DNA of 35,981 nucleotides from Stramenopiles sp. TOSAG23-2 (Eukaryota): NCBI GenBank assembly GCA_900128395.1, contig LT649341.1, positions 1 to 35,981 of the forward strand, read 5' to 3'. Shown piece by piece: positions 7,126 to 16,577 of this stretch (position 1 is its first letter; each line of letters starts with the position of its first letter). The notes under the pieces were generated by a model. It saw only the letters and a program-made list of their open reading frames with translations, ran no database searches and was not told where the DNA came from. The position numbers and the translations under genes were made by a program.

Positions 7126-10104
7126 ATGGATAAAAAAGCTATATTAAATCATTTGCAAATACATCCAGGTATGGAAAGAAACCACATTGTCAGTATGGCA
7201 GTTGGTGCACGACCAATCCCAGCAAATATCAATGGAAGAAATGCTGTAGGCCGTGCTGTTAAAAATCGTCCAAAACAAAAAAAAATAACATTAAGACAGT
7301 TAAAACTAAAAGTAGGAACAAAAGTTACATGTACACCACAATCTAGGAGATATAACACCCAGACTGGTACTGTTACTAGTGATGGAAAAATCAAACAAGA
7401 TGGTCAAGACGGTAAACGGGTTACACTTATACAATTCGCAGAACCAGCTGGTTATGGAATTTCCCAACGAAATCCAAAGAAGCTTTTCTACAAAGAGCAT
7501 GTGTATTTTGAAGTTGGAGGAAATGTTTTACAAACCTTTCAACAATTGTGCGAAAATTATGAATCGAAATCAAGGCAAGACGAAATGCGGGAGGAATTAA
7601 AAAAAGCGAATATAGCTTCATTGCAGCCACTAATATCAATTATTAAAAATCGTATGGGTGCTGATTTCCCTAGATTCGTATATCGCACTTGTAGAGATGA
7701 TGAAATTGAAGAAGAGAATATAGGTAGTAGTAGCGGCAAAACGACATACAAGCCTCTTCGACCAAATGTTTCTACCGGTCAACCATCTTATGAAGATTAT
7801 AAAAAGCTAGAGCCAACTCTTTTTATCAAAGATTTAAATGATCATATTCGTAACGGGAGTATTTCTAATCGTCGAAGACTTCATTTCATTTCTACAAGTG
7901 CTGATCTTGATGTTGTACTATGGTGGTCACATTGGGGCTTAAAAGATCTTGTTGTTATTGAAAGCGAAAAATGCATTGAAAAACAAATCCAACCTATTGG
8001 AGTTGGATTGCGACAACATGAAAATTTAACTTATGATGGAATTCATCGTGGGTATGCTGCAGAGAGCAGGGAAGTTACGTTTGCTCAAGAAATTCCATTT
8101 GGTGCTTATCAAAAGTTAAACGTAACGTGGAAAGTAGAGAAAAGATATTTAACTAACGGACGAAAGGCTTATAAACATTATTTTCCGAATGAAAAGCAGC
8201 TTCAAGATTGTTTCAATAATGGGGAAATTGAAATTGAAACGGAGTACTTTGCTGCAAGCACAAACCCTTGCAAGATTAATTTGACGTTTAATGGTAGAGA
8301 CTGGAGTGAAAAGCATAGGACAGAATCAAACAGAGCTTTCATGATGAAAAAAGGTGGAAGAAAAGGATTAACCCATGAGCATGAAGCTGGCGAGTTTTTT
8401 GCCCTTGTGTGTTACCATAACATGGATATTAAAGTACCACATGGTGCATTTTATGAAATTGTAGTAACAACGCGTAATCCATTTAATGGAGAGGAAACGA
8501 GACATTTTACAAATATTCTTTTGACTGAAGTTATTGACGGTGATCAATGTGAAGAAAGAGATGCATCAAGAGATATTGTGAAAAAGAGCCTTCTAGAAGG
8601 TGCTGCTGCAGATATTGCAATTGCTAATTTTGATGTATGCGGAGATGACATGTCAAATCTAATCATTGCAAAAAAGAATGCCTCTGATAGAGCTAGCTCG
8701 GAAAATTCCATAACTGTAAGAGTTGATGTTGGAAACTGTTTTCGCTTTGGTCCGGGTGGAGAAACAAGCCAAATAAAAAATCAAGCTACTTATTCAAAGT
8801 CACCCGAGGAGCTTTTTGAAGATATCAGAGACTTTATACATAAAAAAGGCAACGATTCTGCAGATCAACTACGTGTCAGTGTATTTAACCAAATAGCATC
8901 TGCAACATTGCGAAATCAAGCAAAAAATATTATATCAAAATTGAATTTTGAGAAAAATATTCTAAGTTGGTTTGCTTCAACTGCGTGCAAAATGCCACTT
9001 CCGCAATGGCAAACACATTTTGAAACTTTATTGCAGCGAATTAGATTGATTGCAGAATTTGATAAGCCCCCAAGTATGGGCAATGGTCAATTCTTTTCCG
9101 GTAATTACCTTGATAGCACTCCTGTACCTGCAATAAGAGAAAGCTCATCGAAACCTTTGAAACAAATTAAAATATTGTCAACAAGGGCTACCGCAAAGCA
9201 TAAATTGTATGAACAAAACGGGTATGAAATTATTGATGTAACTAGTAAATCATCTAGTTCCAAATGGCGGCAGTTTTCTCCATTTTACAGTTTTAGTAGA
9301 CCTTTAAAAGTTCCTGGAATGAAGAAAGTAAAAAGTTGCACTGTTGAAGGAATTTGGCAAGGCCTTAAAACTTTTGAATTAGAGGATGGTTCTGTTGAAG
9401 GTATTGACGTAAGTAAGTTTCAAATTAAAAACATGAAGGGTCTTAAGCGTACGTTAAGAGGAAAATCGAACAACAAAAAAAAGCGAAAGAAAGTCATAGG
9501 CCATAAACTTGGAGATGACATTATTAAAGGGGCTGCTGGAGAAAATGGTGCACGAAAAAAAATTTACATTCCGCTATATCAAAAAGTTTTGAAAAAACGT
9601 TTAAATACGCTTGTAGAAGACTTACGAGAGAAAGCAACAAACAAAAAAATTGCTTTACTGGATTATCTTACAAATGGTGATTACATGGTTGATAAACCTT
9701 TATCTCATGCTGCACTGCTAAAACAGTACATTATTGACACTCACGAAGACAAAACTTATGATGATTTTGATGAATTGGTTGATAAATTGTCACCATCAAC
9801 AAAAAAAAAACGCGTCAGATCTGATGCCGAAGGCAGTTCAAGTAAAACGACGAAAGAACCATCAAAGAAAAAAAGCAAAAGACAACTCGCACCGTCGCTT
9901 ATTCAAAGATCTACCTCCTATAACACACCGTGTCGTTTTGCAGATCAAGGCTGCATTGAGACTTTTCATAGTACCTCAACTGAAAGATACTTGACTCATT
10001 ATTTCCAATGCCCAAAAAATCCAAATCCAGAAGCTCTAAATCGACAAAATAGTGTGGGGAGTTCAAATTCGAGTAGTAGTAATAGTAATGAAGTATTGTT
10101 ATAA
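7126..10104 (+). CDS. 992-aa multidomain protein: RAMA-like + R-S-E ADP-ribosyltransferase-like + atypical kinase-like + DUF6939 (NADAR-like) + C-terminal Zn finger
   Basis: Uninterrupted ORF with ATG. Motifs: GTVTSDGKI; VYR...HIRNGS...FISTS...ESREV...IP; MKKGG...HE...Y..MDIKVP...DIAIANFDVCG...N...RVDVG; IIDVTSK...FSPFY...VEGIWQGLK...LLDY.TN...KPLSHA; CRFADQGC...H...CP. Confidence 0.75.
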   Translation: MDKKAILNHLQIHPGMERNHIVSMAVGARPIPANINGRNAVGRAVKNRPKQKKITLRQLKLKVGTKVTCTPQSRRYNTQTGTVTSDGKIKQDGQDGKRVTLIQFAEPAGYGISQRNPKKLFYKEHVYFEVGGNVLQTFQQLCENYESKSRQDEMREELKKANIASLQPLISIIKNRMGADFPRFVYRTCRDDEIEEENIGSSSGKTTYKPLRPNVSTGQPSYEDYKKLEPTLFIKDLNDHIRNGSISNRRRLHFISTSADLDVVLWWSHWGLKDLVVIESEKCIEKQIQPIGVGLRQHENLTYDGIHRGYAAESREVTFAQEIPFGAYQKLNVTWKVEKRYLTNGRKAYKHYFPNEKQLQDCFNNGEIEIETEYFAASTNPCKINLTFNGRDWSEKHRTESNRAFMMKKGGRKGLTHEHEAGEFFALVCYHNMDIKVPHGAFYEIVVTTRNPFNGEETRHFTNILLTEVIDGDQCEERDASRDIVKKSLLEGAAADIAIANFDVCGDDMSNLIIAKKNASDRASSENSITVRVDVGNCFRFGPGGETSQIKNQATYSKSPEELFEDIRDFIHKKGNDSADQLRVSVFNQIASATLRNQAKNIISKLNFEKNILSWFASTACKMPLPQWQTHFETLLQRIRLIAEFDKPPSMGNGQFFSGNYLDSTPVPAIRESSSKPLKQIKILSTRATAKHKLYEQNGYEIIDVTSKSSSSKWRQFSPFYSFSRPLKVPGMKKVKSCTVEGIWQGLKTFELEDGSVEGIDVSKFQIKNMKGLKRTLRGKSNNKKKRKKVIGHKLGDDIIKGAAGENGARKKIYIPLYQKVLKKRLNTLVEDLREKATNKKIALLDYLTNGDYMVDKPLSHAALLKQYIIDTHEDKTYDDFDELVDKLSPSTKKKRVRSDAEGSSSKTTKEPSKKKSKRQLAPSLIQRSTSYNTPCRFADQGCIETFHSTSTERYLTHYFQCPKNPNPEALNRQNSVGSSNSSSSNSNEVLL

Positions 10105-10501
10105 AAAAATGTGCGTATTAGATGTTTATTAATCTTGCTTCTTTTTATTTAACCCATATATATATGTAAAATGAGAGAGAGAGAGAGTGAGATATATTTT
10201 TAATTTTAGAGTACGAATTAGGAGGAAAAAAATGTTGAATTTCACAAAATATTCTGGAGTATGGAAATTGGTATACTTAAATAAAAGTACCTATCAATCA
10301 ATATGTTATTAACTTATCGATCGGATGATATGAATGTAGTCTACATACTCATACCACCAGGTATTATATATAGACTGTATTTGAATGTGATTTTCTTCTT
10401 CCTTTCAAAACAAAAAATAGAAGTATATATGTATTATAGAAAATAGAAAACATAACATCAAATACATCTTCCAACAGGGAAACAACAAGACAATAATAAC
10501 G

Positions 10502-10720
10502 ATGGCGTCAACCACGAAGATATCATTAGAAGAACACTTTAGACAAGTAGCAGATGTAAAGGAATTGTTAAGTTTAGCGGGTTTACCAATGCGTGCAACA
10601 GCAGTAGATGCTTTGTTACAATTAGCAGCACAAGGTGTATCAGCTGAAGGTTTATTAGAAGCGTTGAATTATTTAAAAGATAAAAAAATTGCAGCTACAT
10701 TAGGTTCAGAATATTCTTGA
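10502..10720 (+). CDS. MOZART (MZT1/MZT2)-like gamma-tubulin ring complex-associated small protein
   Basis: 72-aa helical protein. ELLSLAGLPMRATAVDALLQLAAQGVSAEGLLEALNYLK follows the MZT three-helix pattern (..L.(N/G).G.D...L..L...G(I/V).PE.L...(I/L)..L). Confidence 0.6.
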   Translation: MASTTKISLEEHFRQVADVKELLSLAGLPMRATAVDALLQLAAQGVSAEGLLEALNYLKDKKIAATLGSEYS

Positions 10721-10911
10721 AATGTACCCCATAGATAGAGATATTGAATATAATATATGTATTACTGTCTGATAGTATGACATTGATAGAGATATTAAAT
10801 TTTAATATAAAAAGTACTTTCCGTAATTTTAATTTTTATTTCTACGAAATAATACTTCGTATTTTTATATTTTTTACGTAGAAATTTTTTTCTTTTTATT
10901 TTTTGATCCCT

Positions 10912-12685
10912 TCACACACACTTTTTTTCGTATTTTTTTGCTATTTCTATTCCACTACATTTAATATCTTCACATCCTTTTGGTGTAAACCAAACCAATG
11001 AAAAACGTTCTCCTTGAAATGGCAAAGTCCAATGACGCTGCAACCATCCATTAAATTCAATAGGTTTGTATCGTATATCATGCAATTCACTTTCAACAAC
11101 TAATTCGCCACCAATGTAATCGCCTAAGCCAACAATCATACTTTGTAATTGTCCAGCACCAGCACCACTATCTCGATGGGGAATAAATTGTGCATTACAA
11201 TTCACTGCAACAGTTGAGCTAGGTGGTCGATTTGGCATTAATATTTTTTCCAACTCAAATACCGCCTTTAATAATTTTGGAAAAATACGATTATTATGTG
11301 GTTCATTCATTGGTGCGGGCATACCACCCAATGAAAATGAACCACCATCCGATTTCTTTTTTTTCGTCTCTTGTAATATTTCCTCCACGCCCTCTTTGAT
11401 GATACCACCAGAAGGATTGTTGTCGTCATCTTCCTTCTTTTCTTCATCCATATCTAAGATCAACATTCGTCTACCAGTAGATGAATCGGGCCATCTACCA
11501 CTTTCATGTATATCGCGTAATAATGATAATACTTTCATATAAATATTTATATATTCTGGGGCTGAAACTTTTAATGTTTGTGATGGTGGTATTGTTGTCA
11601 TTACATTGTCATTACTAGTATTATTATTATTATCATAATGCATTTTCAACGATTGTCTTAATTTTGGTATAAACATATCAATTTGACTCATCCATTCATT
11701 CAATAAATGCATATTTTTCATCCATAATTTACTTAATTTTTCTAAAAGATTGCTTCGATAATTAAACGTTTCCTCAGCCATTGGTGGAGATAATTCTTTA
11801 TTCCATAAAGATTCCCATGCAGTTGGCTGTAAATGATGACTATATTTGATTTCATAATATCTATAACAACATTCTGTTAAAAATTGAAAATCACCTGGAG
11901 CAGCTAATGGTTTTAAATCTAATATAAAACTTTTGTCCATCAATGTTTTAATGATACTGGTTTCAAATCCACCACGTATGATAGCAATAACGACTCCAAT
12001 AATTCTTCTTACCATTCCATGTAAAAACTTCTTACCAGCAAATGAAAGAACTAAAAAATGTATTGGATTTGAAGAATTGAAATTCTCCTCACACAATGGG
12101 TAATAATGTCCTTTTAAATAGACTTTTTCTAAATAATATGCGATTGACGGATTTGAAGGCAATGGCATATCGGTACAAAAATTATGAAAATATGAAGGTG
12201 CTTTGACGTTTTTATTTAATGCACGAAACAATTTTTTAATTCGTCGACATAATGCTAAACGTCCATCATCCAACGAATTATCTAAAAAATTATGTATTAA
12301 GTGGCAAGTATCTACAAATTGAGCTTTTTTCAATTTACGCAGTAAAGTTACATAACAGGTAGTGTTAGATGATGTTTTTACTTTTTTACTATTATTATCG
12401 ATATCATCAGCATGATGTATTTTTTTTATATTTGATGATGCTGCATCTCTATCTAATGTCGCTAATAAAAATTGATGATATGCACCTGGCATGATATTCC
12501 GTTTTTCATTCACTTTCTTTACATTATTATTTACATTTGCATTTGGATTTCGAAATGCTTCAACTGGTATAATATATTCATATTTTACTTTTGTACCTGT
12601 TGAAATATTTTAAAGTATGTATTTTATATAATATGGTTACTTGTTAGGAGAGATACGTGCATGAATTGAAAAAGTAATTATTGTA

Positions 12686-12721
<36 letters not shown>

Positions 12722-13633
12722 ATGTATTGTATTATATATCAAATGGTATTGATATTCATTATAATCCTCTCAGCAAGACTGAAGTGTATGTGATCTTTCT
12801 AATTGCATTGCAGCATAAAAAATGCTACTCAAAAATCGGTCTCTTCATTGAGGAAGTATATGTGGTGAAATATAAATATGTATATAAATATAGGAATATA
12901 TTATTATATATCAAAACTTACGATCATGTATAGCATGTATATTTGTTTTCAATGGTATAAAACTAAATACTTGAAGTTGATTTTTTGTTGATGTTTTTAT
13001 TAATTGTTTTATATGTCGATTCAAACGGTTGATAAAATTTTCATTTTTATTGACTGTACTTGTTGCTAATGTAAATGACGGTACATTACATGAAATGACA
13101 TCTGAAGATGCTGATATTCTTCGATCCAAACGAAAATGATATGATGTACGCGATGAGATACCAGAAGCTCGAGATATAGATTCAATTAATTTTGTATTGA
13201 TTAATGTTATATCTTTCTCAGATAATTTTAATATATTTGACATTTCAACAATTGCGTTTTTTAATGCTTTTAATAATATTTTCATTACATGGTCGGTGTT
13301 TATTATCAATATGTCTTTGCCAGAATCAAATGAATACACTGGTTGATCATGATCCATGTCATGATTTAAAGTAATTTTATTATTTACATTACTATTACTG
13401 TAATAACCAATGTGCATTAAAACACGTTTCGTTTGAATTTCTTGTTTCACACCTTCTTTAATAGCTTCCAAACAACTTTCTGCTCCATTTCTACCATGGA
13501 TATGATCGAATAGTTTATTTCTCGTTTGGAATATTAAGTTACAGTGATTGCATTTGTAAATTTTCCCTGATGGTAATCTTGCACCATTTAAGTCACGTGA
13601 TATTTCAGAGGTACCTTGATTGTTACTATTCAT
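10912..13633 (-). CDS. Zn-finger + TruA/Pus1-family pseudouridine synthase + C-terminal 2OG-Fe(II) oxygenase; complement(join(10912..12596,12922..13633)), 798 aa
   Basis: CNHC-x12-H finger; MHIGY; RLDRRISASSDVIS (RTDxGVSA-like); spliced HAIHDR|TKVKYEYIIP; FHNF; GKKFLHGMVRRIIG; APG; then HRD...GGEL...FNG...H...RFSLVWF. Confidence 0.85.
12597..12921 (-). other. Spliceosomal intron (325 nt) containing TA/TG microsatellite
   Basis: Minus-strand GTAAGT donor at 12921 and CAACAG acceptor ending 12597; C+GT gives Arg and joins the two ORFs in frame. Confidence 0.85.
12697..12720. repeat. (TG)12 microsatellite
   Basis: Direct reading; preceded by a TA run. Confidence 0.95.
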
Positions 13634-14083
13634 TCTTTTATTTTAAAAAAGAGACAATATAAATATGAATGATCTACAAAGTTGTAATCTTGATGTAAAT
13701 AGATTCAATAAAATATATTGCTGTACTGTTTATCTCTTCTATGGAATATAATATATATTACTCCGGGTACCTGAGCATATAAACTTAGCATTGCAAGCGA
13801 AGCGTATATAAATATATATTTCTACTGGCATAAGTGCACAAGCAAGTCATATTGTATTAAATGCACTACCACCACCAGGTGGTAGATCTATATTTAATAC
13901 ATGGTGCCTAATGATCTAATGCGTATTCAATCATTCAATCCAGCAATCACCACAACAATGTACATAGCGCTACTGAGTGAGAGTGAGAGTAGTAGCTGAG
14001 CTACTCTTCCGCGGTCAATGCTATTCCCATGCTTTTGAAAACATCACGTTTTGACATTTTTTCATTTTTTGTCGATTTTTGTC

Positions 14084-14133
14084 GATTTCCTATCAAGTAG
14101 TTACATTATAGTATACTAATATTGTACTTAAAT
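14084..14133 (+). repeat. 50-bp direct repeat, copy 1
   Basis: gatttcctatcaagtagttacattatagtatactaatattgtacttaaat; 48/50 identical to 15143..15192. Confidence 0.92.
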
Positions 14134-14196
14134 AGAAAAATTTGTGTAAAAGACAAAACAAAAAAGAATCCTTAAAAATACACGACAAGGATTGCC

Positions 14197-14898
14197 TTAA
14201 AATCGTCTCAACACAATCGTATCTAGTATCGAGTGAGAGAAGCATCTTTTAAGGAATGACACTGCGTTATAGCTATACAGACGCCACGAATAGGTTGATA
14301 GTTCAAAAATCTGGCCCATTTTCATAATCATAAAAATTTTATTCTTCTAATTATAATGAAATAATTGCACCGGCAATTCCCACGCTTTCTCTGCTTTTGG
14401 GCTCTTGCTTGGCACAACTTTAGAAGATCTTTTCGCATCTTCATTAGCACATTTATCAAAGTAACTTTTTAGAAGCTTGTTGGTTGTATCTCTCTTCACT
14501 ATAAATTTTACATCGTCCGGGCCCAGGGATTTTAATTCTTTAGGCCAATCAGAAAAAAATTGTTGCAAGTAAATGCACCAAAACTTGCAGATGATACCGT
14601 AACAATTTCATTGAATGAATCATTATTACATGAAGACGAAGAGTATATTGCAACAATTTTTTATGGTGGTCAAACAGTTGAATTGAAAAAACATGCTGAG
14701 ACGAAGACGGATGAATCGTATTATACATATACATTTCCATTACCTGATAGTGTAGATGGAAATGAACTGATTGTTAATGAAATAGTTGTTAACGTATCCA
14801 AAAATAGTTCAATGGAAAACGTAGGCGGTGGTAGCGAAAAGGTTAGCGATATTGTTCTTGATATTAATGATGGAGGCGAGAAAGAAGAAACGATTTAA
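14197..14898. pseudogene. Degenerate coding-like segment between the direct repeats
   Basis: Plus-strand ORF 14560..14898 has no ATG at its 5' end and its frame is broken upstream by TAA/TAG. The minus frame 14568..14197 is open except for one TAG at 14347-14349. No family recognised. Confidence 0.4.
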
Positions 14899-15090
14899 AA
14901 AAAATTGTGATCAATGTTGGATATATAATGTATATAGAGTATTTTACGAGGTATAGGACGGTAGGACAGGGGCACTGGGCACACGAAGCACCATAGTAAA
15001 CAGTGTTATTTTAATTTTAAAACCATTTTTAAAACCGGTTTTAAATTTTATCCCTTTTTCCAGTACTATTTACATAGTAGCCCAAAAGAG

Positions 15091-15272
15091 CGATCAGATC
15101 TAAATCTGCAATCCAAAAAGTATAAAATGTTCCATTTTTGATGATTTCCTATCAAGTAGTTAACTTATAGTATACTAATATTGTACTTAAATTAAAAATT
15201 ATGGAGGATATAATTGGCGTTTAATCGAAGGAGGGGTGAGGGGGTGTGTGATTGCAGATTTAGATCTGATCG
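15091..15272. mobile_element. 182-bp MITE-like element with 23-bp perfect terminal inverted repeats
   Basis: 15091..15113 cgatcagatctaaatctgcaatc is the exact reverse complement of 15250..15272 gattgcagatttagatctgatcg; non-coding interior; no target-site duplication seen. Confidence 0.55.
15143..15192 (+). repeat. 50-bp direct repeat, copy 2 (inside the inverted-repeat element)
   Basis: gatttcctatcaagtagttaacttatagtatactaatattgtacttaaat. Confidence 0.92.
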
Positions 15273-15580
15273 TCGTTGCCACATTATATCCTCTCTTCAC
15301 ATTTCCAATAGGGGTATATATATAGTAATGTGTAATAATTGATAGAATGAATGAATGCATGTAAGATGTAAAGTACTATAAGTATATATATTTATATTTA
15401 TAGTTCAAATTTCATTCAGAAAAAAAGGAAGAAAGAAGAGCAAATTATAACAAGAAACAAACTAGTTAAAAGTGTTTACAAATTGTCTGAGTTCATATAA
15501 ATATTGTTACGTGTGATATTTCGATTATTGGACACAGAATAGCAATCGCATACACACATAAGCCCGTACATTACTTATAA

Positions 15581-16577
15581 ATGGAAAACAAAGACCCGCC
15601 CATTTTAGAGCTAAAAAACGGTGTGCCATCAATTGAGGACAAGGGCGACCATGTTGGCTATAGTAAGGATGGGAAACAGTTTGTACCAGGAAGTAATGAT
15701 AACATTGACGATAAATCAAAAAAAGACATTCAACAGATGACAAGTTATTCATACGAAGACATAAACGAGTTCGTGAAGGTTGTGTGGGTAATTTATAGGG
15801 AAGAATACACGGATACAGTTACAGATGAATTAGGAGTAAATGAGAGATTACAGAGCATCGAACAGAAGCTTCAGAAACTAATAGAAGCTGCCGCAATTGC
15901 ACGGGCATTAAAACTATTGGATAGACAAAATAATGGTTCTTTTAAATTACCGCCACTAGAAAGAAAATCAAAGGTACCACCACCACCACCAATAGGAATG
16001 CATTCTATCAATAAAATGAATACAAAAGAGTTGGAAATTATCAAAACCTAACATCGCCATGATTCAATATTAAATGAATTAACATCATTGGATAATGATG
16101 GAAAGAATAATAGTAGTAAACATGTAGATCCGCGGTTTAAATTTAAATCGAAATACGTCTTGCCAAAAATCGAACATAAATTCAATCATGTATTATATGA
16201 TCGGAATATAAGCTCAAGAGGAAATGCGGCAAAGTTGGTGGATTATTTGAATGGCATGGATGCTGGCGATAGTGATGATGGTGATGTTGATGATAACTTT
16301 GGTACATTTGATAATAAGAAAGAAATGTTAAAAAAGAAACCCAGTATTCATTTACCACCACCACCTTCAAATATTGAAAGTATAACTAAAAATAGCAACC
16401 AACAGTAAAAATAACAAAATGGCAAAAGATATATTAAAAGGTAAATATTATGTACCAGCAAGGCCATCTATGAATATGGCAGAAACGAATATTGAACAAA
16501 GTGGTGTGGAGGGAGAGGAAGATTTAGATGATTTAGATGGAACCAATGCATTTGTTGTCAATACAGAGGAGTGGTAA
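15581..16577 (+). pseudogene. Disrupted proline-rich gene with acidic Trp-terminated tail
   Basis: ORFs 15581..16051 and 16088..16408 share one frame separated only by TAA 16049-16051. A +1 shift near the A-run 16388-16392 continues to ...GEEDLDDLDGTNAFVVNTEEW* (TAA 16575-16577). Confidence 0.6.

Noticed and set aside
12700..12933. 77-aa plus-strand ORF starting MCVCVCV
   Set aside because: Translation of the TG microsatellite inside the Pus intron on the opposite strand.
13866..13885. Hairpin ctaccacc-acca-ggtggtag as a Helitron 3' end
   Set aside because: No CTRR terminus at the expected distance and no other Helitron features.
14084..15192. CRISPR-like repeat-spacer array
   Set aside because: Only two near-identical copies about 1 kb apart, no regular spacers, no cas genes, eukaryotic context.
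16049..16051. TAA reassigned to Gln (ciliate-type code) as the explanation for in-frame stops
   Set aside because: Conserved genes here (hslU, MMUT, XPC, SLCO) terminate correctly at TAA and have no internal TAA/TAG.
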